From: the human T2T-CHM13v2.0 reference genome, Homo sapiens | DNA: 64,000 nucleotides | NCBI RefSeq assembly: GCF_009914755.1 | Contig: NC_060932.1 | Direction: 5' to 3' (one strand) | In this document: positions 14,185 through 29,550 of the stretch, one piece after another | Position numbering within the stretch: position 1 is the first letter of the stretch | Layout: each line of letters begins with the position of its first letter | Program-made: the position numbers and the translations under genes | The notes under the pieces: generated by a model | What the model was told of the DNA's origin: nothing | What the model saw: the letters and a program-made list of their open reading frames with translations, nothing else | Database searches by the model: none

Positions 14185-15297
14185 ATGCCTTATGCTCATT
14201 AGAATAGGAATGCCTAAGTAGTTTCTAGTATTTCTTCTAAAGTCCCATACTTTCAAACCTTTTTTCAAAACATATAAGGGGTAAATAAAACTAGAGATCT
14301 TTCAGCCCAAATTCTCAGTTGCATGTGTCTCTTGTGTATGTGAGTGCAGCATAGTAACATTTTAGTTACAACTTCACAGAAAAAAAGGACTTTTATAGCA
14401 GAAGAAGCTTTACATTTTGGTACTGGACCAATGTAAGCAAGTACTGCATTGTCAGGAAGTACATGTTTACATAAGTTCCTAAAAAGGCAAAGTTAATTTT
14501 ATTTAGTGGTATGTACATAAGAAAAAAAGAAATGAGTCATAAACCATTCTTTGGTTTAAATATTTTCTGGTAGTGACTCCAAGGGACATAATGTGGGAAA
14601 TCATAATTGCTCTTTATCACACATAGCTACATTTCATAAGGACTTTCCTGAATTAAAAGAACCTCAATTTATAAATCTAACATGAAATTAAAATATATGA
14701 ATATAATGGAATGTAATGCAGGAATTAAAAATAAACACACATGCACTAATATAAAATTATGCTTGATATGAAATGATATAAAATTTTAAAAAGAAATTGG
14801 ATAATAGTGGGTGAAAGATTATTGGCTATAATATATTTAACTAAAATATAATAAAAAATACTATGTTTTTTGTCAAAAGTGACAATTTACCAATGTGATG
14901 ACATCTAAATGAGGAACTCAGGAATGGCAGATTTTAAAGCATTTTTGTCAGTCTTCTATGTATATTATCATGTTGCTTCTATGTGGCTGTACCTGGATGA
15001 CAGCTATTTTCATTATTCATTTTAATATTTTGGTCCCATTTACATGCATAATTTCAAACAAAATATACTTTTACGATTTATTTAATTGCTATGCTCTAAA
15101 CTCATTTCACACGTTCACAGTAAGGACATGTTTGTCCATCTTTATATGTAATGCAAAGGCTTTTAAAGATGTTTTTACATTGGGTAAAAAAAGATAAAAA
15201 TATCTGCATAATGTCTTTTTCATAAAATATGAACATTTTAAAGGAAATTTTGAAATTATATAGCAAGCAATAAATTAAATATTAAGAAAAGAAACAT

Positions 15298-15619
<322 letters not shown>

Positions 15620-15699
15620 TTAAGATGATTTTGCATCAAATATAAAAATTTTTTAAAAATTGAACAGGAAAAGTTATCCTAACACAATACACACGACTG

Positions 15700-16130
15700 T
15701 TATTTTTATAACAGTTGCATTAATATATAATTATACTATAAAATTCACCCTTTTAAAGTGTACAATAAGGTGGCTTTAATATATTCACAGAATTGTGCAA
15801 CTGTCACCACTTTCAAACTTTAGAACATATTCATCCTTCCAAAAACGAATTCCATAACCTCTAGCAGTCACTCCCATCCACTCCATTCCCCTGACTCTGG
15901 CAAACCCTAATCTCTTTTCTGTCTCTATGAATTTGCCAATTCTGAATGTTTTATATAAATTATATCATATAATATATGGCCTTTTCTAGCTTATTTCACT
16001 TAGCATAATGCTTTCAGTTTATTCTTATTATAGCATGTTATCAGAACTATATGCCCTTCATATGGCTCAATAATTTATTTTATAAATGTACCATATTTTA
16101 TATATTGATTATTTCATGGACATTTGGGCT
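15700..16130 (-). mobile_element. L1MB-type 3' end
   Basis: Reverse-strand L1M 3'UTR motifs: aaattcacccttttaaagtgtacaat, ctttt(c)tgtctctatgaatttgcc, ttatttcacttagcataatg. Confidence 0.75.
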
Positions 16131-17908
16131 GGATAATCCCAGCTGACCTATATGAAACTTTGCTAAGTTTTTCTTTTGCCAGCTTGAATCTATTATTGGG
16201 CTCCTCTACTCAATTTTTGCATTTCATTTTTTTTACTTTAAAACTCCAGAATTTCTGTTTGATTCTTTACAATTTCTATCTCTCTTAACAGTCTCATTTG
16301 ATAAGACATCATTATCATATTTTCCTTTAATTCATTAGACATAGTTTCTTATAGTCCTTTTGAACATATTTTTAATAGCTAATTTAAAGTCTTTGTCTAG
16401 TAAGTCTAATGTTTGGGCTTTCTCAGGAATGGCTTATATTGCCAGCTTTTTTCCTCCTATGTATGGGCCTTGCTTCCCAGTTTCTTTCAAGCCTTTACTG
16501 AGGTGCTCTGTGGGTTTCTGCGTTGGGGCTTGCCTTGAACATTGCACAAAGCAGTTTACAACTCTGCTTGCACAGAGCCTTGAGCCAAGCCATATGTGAG
16601 AGATCATGTAATTCTCAGGTCTTTCCTGGACAAGTACATAGCCCTGTGCATGCATGTGACCATCTAGATTCCCAGCAATATTTCAGAGCTATGCTAACTA
16701 AAGAATCTTAAATTGTATAAAAAGAGCAAAAGTCATATAATATATAATACACAAAGACATGAATCCTAAACCAAAATGATATGCAAAAGAGAGACAGAGA
16801 GAGATTTCAAGAAAAAAAGCCTAAGAAACGTCAAGCAACTAAAAGAAAATTTAGATTGACAATAAAAAAGTGAGAGAGAATGGAATTCAAGTGGAAAGGG
16901 TATTAACAGAATAAGACTATAGTGTATGATAAAAAATATAATTTATTATTGACATCTAATATACATGAATCAAGTACCAGAGAATTAAAATGTATAAAAA
17001 ATTAGAATTCAAAAAGACATTGGTAAAAATTCTCTATTCTATTGGCAGTCTTTTTAAAATGTATTTTTCTCATTTTTTTGCCAAAATAGATACAAAAATA
17101 TAAACATATGGGAAAATGGTGTTAATTTGCATTTTATAAGTAAATATCAAGACCAAAACAAACACAAATACAAATGTTATATTTTCTAGAAATGAGTCCT
17201 CAAAGCTTAATATCATTGTATTTTGTAGTATTTGCTCTACTAATAAAGAATAAAAAATGCTGATAGAAATTATAACTAGTGTGGGGTTTTGGCTTGATTT
17301 AATAAACTTATTTTTAGCCATGTGTCATGTAAAGGAAGAATTAATAATATTTCCTGAGACTCTAGACCAATTTATATTATAGATCACAAAGAGGAACTCT
17401 ATGTTTCCAGCTCAAAAATGCCCAATTTTTTAAATCAAATTTCTGATTTTTACAAAAGAACTAATAACAAATACTAATAATAACAAATACTTATTTTAGC
17501 CCAGATGTTTTAAAACACTGTTAAATAGATGTTTGGATCAAAGAGAAGTTGAGATTTGCATTTATAAAATATGTAGGTGAAAAAATGTAGTATGTTAAAG
17601 AGTATGAAAATTTTTCTTTTTTGAGTGGTTGGGAAAGTCATAGTTTAAAATATTCTTAGCATTAGGAGAGAAATACAAAAATTAACTTAACTTTGAAGTA
17701 ATTCAGGAAAAAGAACAAAGAGAAAAATTTGGCCACGAGAAAAATAATAATTATAAAATTATTTCAAGAATTTAATGGATTAATTAATTTGTAGTAAAAT
17801 GGCTAAACAAATTTAAACATTGTTTAAAATGTCAACAAATTGAACAAGATCCTAGAGAATGAATGAAAAAAAATAAGATATGTTTAGGTACAAAAATATT
17901 AGTTAAAA

Positions 17909-19954
<2,046 letters not shown>

Positions 19955-20678
19955 TTATAACACTTTATAATGTTAAACGTAGCATTGGATTTGAGCTTCA
20001 CAACAACTCACATGGTAACTATTAACTTTCCCTGTTTTCCTATTTTGAAAACAACTGAGGATTAAAGAAGTTTAGTTCCTTGCCCAAGGTAGACACTCAA
20101 TCTGAGTGCTACGTTCTCAACTGTTAATAAGTCGTTAATAATACCTAATAGTTATTGAGAACTTACTATGTATCAGGGACTGTGACAGATGCATTGACTA
20201 CATTGCCTGGTACAATCCTCACAAACACTTCAAAAATTTCCTAAAATTAATCTCTGCAATTAATGCATTACAAAAGAAAAAAATTAAAAATTCTTGCATT
20301 TAACAAACTTGGACAAATATATAAAATCTTTATTTAAAATGACAAACAAATGAGAAACCAAAACAACTTATTTTAAAAGTATAGATATTAAAGTATATAT
20401 TAGTTACTATATTAAAATGAAAACATTTTAAGTATATGGAGTCAAATTAATGGTGTCCAGGGAAAATAAATCTAGAAATTCCTATGAAAAATTTAACAAA
20501 TTACTAAAACAATGACAGCATGAGTGTATAATTTTTAAAAGTCTCAGGTATGACATAATCAGCATAAATAATTTAAAAGGCAAATAAATGCTTTAATATA
20601 CAGTTTTTATAAATGAGCAAAGAAATGAAAATAGATGAAATCATTCTACTTTCAAAAAAAACCAAACATCCACTTATA

Positions 20679-20899
20679 TCAAGGGTTAGCATTTTTTGTT
20701 TTTTTGTAAAAGTCTTTATGGTAAATACATTAGGCTTTGCATACCATACCAGCTCTGCTCCAGCTACTTAACTGTGCCATTGTAAAGCTGCCACAGACAA
20801 TATGCTAGTGGATGGGTGTGTCCTTATTGCAATAAAACTTTATTCACAAAAACAGTCACAGTCACAGGCAAGATTCGACTCACAGTTGGAGAGCCTCTG
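20679..20899 (+). mobile_element. MER58A-like hAT-Charlie MITE
   Basis: ggtaaata..ttaggctttgc, ctgtgccattgta, gccacagacaatatg, caataaaactttattcacaaaaacag. Confidence 0.75.
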
Positions 20900-22434
20900 A
20901 TTTATGCCAATGAGAAACCACTGTTCAATTAGTAAACTAGTAAAAATAAGCAAACTAAAAGTGAAAAGTCTTATTTGCTGTAAAGAATTTTATTTTTGCT
21001 TCTGTCTTATATTTTATTTATTTATTTTATTCTCTCAAAGTTTTTATATATATAAAAGTTTTTATATATACTCTCAGAGGTTTTATTTATTTACTTATTT
21101 TTTATAAACACATTTTTGTTTATTTTTTCTGTAAAAATAAACTGGTGCTGATGGGGAGTGCATTCATTATAAAAGATAGTAAAATTTTCAAACTTGTATA
21201 ATCTTTTGACTGATTCTAATTTTAATTCTGAGATTTTATCCTAAGAAAATAACATCATTCTGTATCTAAATCTTATTTTATTGTTTGTTTATTATTTATT
21301 TTTGGATTCTGCATTTGGAAAAATTCAAGAGAGAAAAGAATGAAAGTGAAACATGATTTTTTAAAAATATTTTCAAAAATGCTTGTGTATACCTGACAAT
21401 CCTCAATCCTATTATACTCATAGGAAAAAAAGTGCTGAACATTTATCTCTTTAGCTTAGAACTGTCTAGTAGAAATCAATACAAATAACTCTGTTTTTGT
21501 TTTTTTGTTGTTGTTGTTCGTTGTTTCAATTAAGCAAATTCATCTTCTCTGTGATTTATTCCTTTTAACTTCTTGACCTTATTGCATTGTAAAATGGTTG
21601 GCCAGTTTTTTTCTTGCTTTGTTTATATACAGAAAAGGCCATGAACAATAAAAACAAAAAATTAGGTAAAACATATGTATTTTGTAATTCATAAGACACA
21701 ATTTTTTGATGTTTTGCTTTGTTAGTAATAATTCTACAAAATGCACTAATTTTTTGTCATTCTAAATAGTATTCTGATGACCTGTATGTGTTAACAGTTG
21801 ATACAAAATCCACATGAAAAACAAATAGAACACTAGGTGAATCAGTTTCACATGTTTGGATTTCATCTGCTGCTTCCTAATGGGCAAGGTTGTTCAAGCA
21901 CAAAAAAGCCCGTTTCTTACTTCTTCACAGGAAAATGAGAAGGACTGATCCTCTTTAGAATTCTTCTGAATTCAGAATCATGTTGGGTTAACAGGGTTAC
22001 TATTTCCAAGCCAACTGTCAGTCTCAGACATCTGAAACTTCAGGCACCTAGGGTCAATGGTAGCTTGTTAAACCATTCTTACAGTCTATGAGGATAGTTG
22101 CTTTAGTTAGAGATCCTTCAAATCTTTCTGGTATTCTACTTTCATTTTTTTTCTTCATGTTTCCCTACATTCCCTCTTGATACCACTGTGTTATAACAGC
22201 ATGAATTGCTATAACTATGATTAGATATTGCTTTGTCTTTCCTGATGCCAATCAATTGACTTCCAAATAGCAAAGGGAGATCTAGAAAGTAACCCCTTTC
22301 ACAGTCTCATCACTCCCAATGTTGCTCTAAGTTCCATCTTAAGCCAAAAGTCACAATAATAGGTCCAAATTAGGTATCAAGCATATTAATGAAATATAGC
22401 TCATGTTCAACCAAAACTATACTACTAGAGGTAA

Positions 22435-22776
<342 letters not shown>

Positions 22777-24089
22777 TGTTTTTCTTTTTAAGTAGGGGAT
22801 AAAGGAGGAGGTTGGAAAAGAAACAAGGATTTGAGGTATTTTGCAGACTTATCATGAGCATGGTTAAACATCAAGTAATATGTCCTAAAATGCATAGCTT
22901 AACAAATATTTATCTCTAAATGACTAAGATAATTATACTGTAAATGTCAAGTTTAGCATTCCTAGAAGCTGGCATACAGTAGGTTTAGAATTGCATTTAT
23001 TTAAATTTTGGCATGGGAGTATTTTTTTAAATATATAATGTCTGTAGTTACAGGTATGTAGCCAGAAACATCTTTATTTTTTTTTTTTTCTGATAAAAAC
23101 TTGTTTCTTTATACTGGCTTTCTGGGTCTAATATGGACACCTAGAAGACTTATTCCTTCTACTCCATGAACACTTGAGTAGACTGAAGAATGACACTTTA
23201 GAGCTTTGACAACCCTCTCAAGCAGCCCCAGCTGACATGAATTATGAGGGCCATTATGTGAGAGCTCTGAGGTGACAGTAAGAAACCTTAAGTGCTTGAT
23301 ATGTGAAATATTTAGAAGTTTGGATGCCAGTCCTTTCTTATTGAAGTTTTTTAATTTTTTAAAGATTATATTTAGGATTAAAATTTTTAATAAAAATGAT
23401 CTACTTTACATTATCTCCACTTTTGTATTTGCCCTTTTAAAGTGAATCTAGAAATAAGGACATGTTTTATGAAAAAAGAATTTTCAAGTAAAATTTAGTA
23501 CTCATAGACTAGGTAAACTAAAATTCAAAGATAGCCTTGTTTTGATAGTTCTTTATCTCATCAGTAATTTTAAAAGGTTTAAGTTGATTTAATCAACAGC
23601 TTATTTACATATATATCAAATTAATAACATAAGCAAAAATTAACACATATACAAACCCATTGACTATAGAAGTGATGTTGATAATCAAAATAGAATCTTG
23701 TAAATATTTGACTAATGGAAAACACTAGCCAGAGCAGACCAGAACTATGCAATTTTAGTTTATCAACATTACTTCCATAGTAATGTTGAAAACTGGATTC
23801 TAGTATTGTCAAAATTAAACGTCTTGAATTACTTAAATATGCATCAGAGATTGGTCTACATATTTCGAATTATTATTTCCTCCATTTCTATAATGTAGAA
23901 ACCACCTCCACTGCATGTATTGTTTCTGAGAGTGATATTTTCCCCAAGAATTTTATATTAAAGGTCATTTTAAAATATATTGTTATCCTTTAAAAAGTTA
24001 AGAGTAGCTAACTAAAGCCTCAAATGTTAGAAGTAGCTCTTTATTTAGTGTTAAGATAGGATAAGAGCCTTGACTAAAAAACTGGGGGA

Positions 24090-24620
24090 GTGGATTCCTG
24101 AGATATGTCCACTGGTAGACCTAAAGGACCAATTGAATGTAAGGACCTAACAAAGTGGGTATAGTAAAGAACATCTGAATTATCTGATTTAGGCAACCAA
24201 TGAAGGATAAAGCAATTTAGTGTGGAAAGAAATTCAGGAGGATGAACAAGCCTTAGAAGAAAGATGACAAGTTTTGTTTTGGATATGGATTTGAAAGTCT
24301 GAAAAATCCTCAAAGAAGACAGGTCCGGAGTATAAATGGACATTTGAAAGGAAAGATAAGATGAAGGTAAAGATTGAAGCCATCCAGATTTAGGATTCTA
24401 AAATCAGCAAACAATAATAGAGTGCCTAGACTGTGCCAGTTCCTGAAATAATCAACACAGGTCTTTGCTGAAACCACAGAAATGTAAAAACTCCCAAGCA
24501 AGATCATAAAGAGGGAAGAGAATTATTCTGAGGACAGAACCCTAATGGTGATGGAAGATGTAGATGAAGGAGTGAGAGAAGAGACCTGAGTTGTGAAAAC
24601 ACTGTAGGTAGAAACAGTCT
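24090..24620 (-). mobile_element. L2 fragment
   Basis: Purine-rich reverse-strand L2 motifs (aagatgacaagttttgttttggatatg; gagggaagagaattattctgaggacagaaccct). Confidence 0.55.
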
Positions 24621-26278
24621 AGACATAGGTTCCACCAACGATATCCTGCCTGAGGATGGGAGCAAGACATACCATATTGTAGTCTGGGAATCAGGCACTT
24701 TTAAGGCATTTCAAAACATAAAGGGAGGGGTGAATTTGTGAAGCAAAAAAAAAAAAAATTAAGAATCTTGCTATTTAAAAGTGTCTGATACTATTCAAAA
24801 GCTGAATATCTTTATGCCATATAAGAGGGTATTGGAAAAGAGAATAGGCAAGAGTTGCACTTCGCTGATGGAAAAAGAAGACAGGTTGCAAAATTCTCTA
24901 TACTATTTGTGAATTGAAAAAAATAAAATGAAATCTGAGCTGCTTTTATCTACTACTAATCAACCAAGATACACACAATATTATAGATCTTTAGTGCACA
25001 CAATCTACTGCTACTACTTAATTAAAATAGTGATTCTGATTTCAGGTTTAAGAGAATATTTTATGGGTAGAAATAAGAAAGACCCTATGAGTTTCTAGGC
25101 TTTTTCTCCCTAACTTTTTCCCATGGCAGGCTTCTAGAGCTGATGCAGGGCTGCTACCTGAACCCCTCTTCAAACCAAGCATTTCATGGAGGCAAAGCTA
25201 AATCCACTTCACCTGAATGCAATTATCTGTATTGTCTGTGTATATCAGACTGAGTGAGATATTGAGGCATGGGAGGAAGACGAATGAATATGGAGACAAA
25301 GAACTTACATCCTAGTACTAGGGCCTTTGGACAGGAAAATTCATTTTATTTTCAATTTTCTTGTTTACATAAAGAGAGGATGGACTAGACTACTCTAAAT
25401 TGTCTATAAACTTCTACATTCTGGGATTCTGTAGGGGAAAAGCAAATCACTTCTTACTGCTAATGGCTTGATCTTCCTTAATCCATGGCTATGTTCATAG
25501 TACCCAGGTCTTAGAAATAAAAATGTGTGGGAACCATAATTTGCATAGAGAATATTGACATATTTATTTACATATTTATTTGAATGCTTATTTGTCTAAC
25601 TGTATAAAAAGTTTAGTAACAATGTTTAGGATTTTTTGAGAAGTCAAAGCCATTCTAAGGATTCAATACATTTTCTTGATATTTTGCAAGGATTTGTACT
25701 CACTTGTCTTAAAATGGATGAATCATCAACCATATTGACACTTCTCTATTTCATCATCTGTCTGATTATGGAGTGGGGAGAGGGAAAATGTGAAGAAACA
25801 CCGAGGGAGATAGTTAACTTCAATGGTCTTCTTTCAGTTTAATGACTTTTGCTCCTATTGTATCCACCGTTTTCTCTCTACATTTTTTGTTAAGTTTTCC
25901 TTACAACTTTTATCCCTTTTGACCTTTGAGATCATGGGGTTGCAATTACCCAAACAGTGCCTTGATAACCTTAAAGCATAATGCCACCTCACTGAATATC
26001 TCACTGGAAATAATGTATGTTAGTATAGGAAGAATAAAAAGTTCCTTAAATGGGATACATTGCCTTTGTGCCAACTGTCTTGGTCTTTTAAAGATTAAAT
26101 TAAGGGTGAGGAAATGTTTAAAGTGAGAACACCGAACAGGTTTCATTGTAATTAGTTTCTATATTCAGATTAATTCATGGGTCCATTGTTAACTACTGAA
26201 ATGCCCAGACTAGATAAGGTAATCCATCCCTTAGGGAAAAGAATTAATTCAAAGTGTCATGGATATGAACACAGAAAG

Positions 26279-26710
26279 CACATGGAAGAAAATATTCAGT
26301 GTGATGGGGGAAGGGTAGGAGGGAGGAGAGGATTTATCTTTGTACTATTTTATTTTAATCTTGAAATATCTTTACATTTCTTTATATACTTAAGAGATTA
26401 TTGTTTCTGTTGTTTCTTATTTTTAAATGATCTGTTCTTTAGTGATTTTAATCAAATGTAAATCACATGGGAGAACCTTGAAATATCTTTATATTTCTGT
26501 CTATATATTTGGGAGGTCTTTTTATTCATCTGCTCTTTATCCATTTTGATCAAATGCAAAACACATGGGAGGAAAACATCTGTGTGATAGGAGGGTTGAG
26601 AGAGAATAAGTGTTTTAATCTTTAAATAGTCTTACATTTTTACACACATGTTTGGGAGGTCATTATTTTTAATCACCTTTTTTTAGCCATCTGATGAAAT
26701 ATAAAACAAT
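26279..26710. repeat. Degenerate 3-unit tandem repeat (units start ~26279, 26464, 26562)
   Basis: Recurrent blocks cacatgg(a/g)ag, cttgaaatatcttta(c/t)atttc, tttgggaggtc, atcaaatg(t/c)aaa. Confidence 0.7.
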
Positions 26711-27176
26711 ATTTTTATGATTTGTATTTTTATTGAGCCAGAATTAATTAAAAAGCAATTTCATTCCTTGGAGATATAGAATGTATTTTTATAGCACGTC
26801 CCTGGGGCAAAATAACGTGCTACTACCAGAGACAATTTGAGAGATGCTTAGAAAGATGTTCATCCTCACAATCTATTATTTCTTTTCAAATGACTATCTT
26901 TTCACCACACATATCCTGACAGCCTAATGAGTATGAAATTTTCCCCACTTTATTTTTTCTGTGTAATATAAAGAACCAATGACTTCTTTGCCAAGACTGA
27001 TATCTGATTGAGAAGTCACTGCCCACGCTCTTATTTGGATGAGGGTTTGAAAAAATTGAACTTGTTTGTTTTACCGCTTCTGCATCTTCCACTCGTGTTG
27101 ACTTTGAGATTTGCGGCATTTGTTCTCAGCATGGTTTCAGAATCTTTCACAGAGCCGTTCAGAGTTGTCTAGTACC

Positions 27177-27425
27177 ATAAAGAAATCACTAGCTCTTTTG
27201 AACAAAGTATTTGAGTCTCTAAGGGTAAAAATTGAGCTCACATTTCTTGAAGATAACCTTTAACTCTCTTCAGTACTGGTAGGAGCAGTTAAAATACTAC
27301 TTAGAACAGAACAAAGTAACTGGAAATATTAGAAAAAACATATTTTTTTCTCCTAGTTGATAATATATTTTAAAATTTTTATTCCTAGTGTGTATTTATA
27401 ACCAACATATACTACCTTTGGAGAT
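27177..27425 (+). repeat. 249-bp segment, copy 1 (donor)
   Basis: Identical by manual comparison to 27974-28222 (offset 797). Confidence 0.95.
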
Positions 27426-27973
27426 TCATGTGTACCTGTATTTGAAAGGACTAAAATATGCTCTTCTGAACCTTCCTTTCAGTCAAGGTTGCATATTTGG
27501 AATTTAATCATATTGTTTCCTTCTAAGCTTACAAATTGAGATTGACTTCATTGGGAATATTCCATGCATGATGGTCTTTAGGTTGAAGCTTTTTCTCCAA
27601 ACTAAATGAAAACATGGCTTTTGTGTTTGCAGCTCACTTAAGGTGATTTTTATAGTTAGTGTGTCTGCATCCATCTTCAGCCCCTTTTCATCATTCTATT
27701 TTTTTTTTTTTGAATAAACTTAACAGAATGTGCTAATTTGGATGAAATTATAGATGTTGAATCATGATATGAAAGTATTTAAAACACATGCTACAATTCT
27801 TTTTGTTCATATTAGACTCACCATAAACAAAATTTATTTACATTATGCAAATACTGTGCTCTAAAATATCTTCCCACCAAAATAGCCAAATGGCTTTTAA
27901 AATTTGCTCTTTTAAAGTTCAGATAAATTATGTGGCTTATATATACACCACATGTGTATATATACACATATAT

Positions 27974-28222
27974 ATAAAGAAATCACTAGCTCTTTTGAAC
28001 AAAGTATTTGAGTCTCTAAGGGTAAAAATTGAGCTCACATTTCTTGAAGATAACCTTTAACTCTCTTCAGTACTGGTAGGAGCAGTTAAAATACTACTTA
28101 GAACAGAACAAAGTAACTGGAAATATTAGAAAAAACATATTTTTTTCTCCTAGTTGATAATATATTTTAAAATTTTTATTCCTAGTGTGTATTTATAACC
28201 AACATATACTACCTTTGGAGAT
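27974..28222 (+). repeat. 249-bp segment, copy 2, embedded in a TA/TG/CA microsatellite (~27938-28265)
   Basis: Same sequence as 27177-27425, flanked on both sides by tatatacacatat / atatatgtgtatatatat tracts. Confidence 0.95.
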
Positions 28223-29329
28223 ATATATGTGTATATATATGTGTGTGTATATATATATATATATAGTACCTTGTTCATCCTTTCAATACATTGATGCTAT
28301 TAAACAATAGTCTTTTGTCAAAATTTGATTGATGATTCTATAAAGAGATTATGCCTCCTATCTTCTAACTAAATAACATCCATGGGGCTCTGAATAAAAC
28401 ATGAAACCACAATTAAAGTTTAAAATTGGGTATCAAAAATTCTTAATTCTAGTCTTGCCATACTTATTGTTGACTTTCCCCTGCAACCTTATTTCATTTA
28501 ATTTACTTAGAATGTACTTAATTACTTGGGTTTGCCTGTAGAAATAAAAGCATTTGCATACTTCATGGGGGTGCTGTGTAATTAATGTACTGAAATTGTG
28601 GGTTAAATAATTGTGGAATGCTTTGAGTAACAAGTGTTAATGGTTACTTTGACCTATATGTATGTAAAACACAATCCCAGGGGATGCATCAGTACTCATT
28701 AGTGGCTGTTTAAAAGCTGTCTTTTGGTATCCAAAGAGAACCTATGTGAGGAACTAAGTATACTGGGTTGACGTCCATAGCAGAGGTGCACTGATGATGT
28801 ATCAGTGGACTCTTAGCAGCTGTTCACATTCTAAGAAGTGTCTCAACAGTATCTTGTCCATGAGTTTAGTGGATTATAACTAAAAAACACAGTGCTGAGT
28901 GGATGTTTTGCCACATATAAAATGCATACCATATGAAAAAAATGGGTTATTTTGCAATGTATTTATAATTAGATAAGTCTTAATACTATGACAGCAGTCC
29001 AAAGATAATAACTTAATCCTTTACCAGACTCACAATCTTAACATGCCTACAATAGAAGCATTGAGAAATCAAGATCATATCAGTTGTGGAAAACAAAAGA
29101 GGTCTCTACTTTGAGAAAAAAAAACCTCAGGAATGCTTTTAAGGTACACAGTTTGCTCTTTGGAAAAGAGAGAGAGAGACAGAGAGATTAACACATTTCC
29201 TGATAAACACAGCTGCTTTCATTTGAAAATAATTAGGAAGCATAGTAAGAAACAATTATCACAGTATAATTTGACACAACTGAATAATTGCATGCACAAA
29301 AATAAATACTCTTTGGCATTGGGGAAGAA

Positions 29330-29550
29330 ACATTGGTTTGGGAATAAAACACTTAAATTTGAACTTCAGATCAGGGTTATCTCTCTCTGTGACCAATATA
29401 CAAGAAATTTACCTTATCTATATTTCCTTGCCATGAAATGAGGATAATATAATCTTAAACACAGGGCTATTGTGACAGTTGAAGTAATGTTTGAAAAATT
29501 TTTGCATAAGCTGTAAAACACTTTTAACACATGCTAATTTTTGTTATTAT
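29330..29550 (+). mobile_element. MIR
   Basis: tgtgacc...atttccttgccatgaaatgaggataatat...acagggctattgtga...atgctaatttttgttattatt. Confidence 0.6.

Noticed and set aside
28786-28810. Small hairpin cactgat-gatgt-atcagtg containing TGATGA (C-box-like)
   Set aside because: No matching D box or terminal stem at a suitable distance; a short stem is expected by chance.
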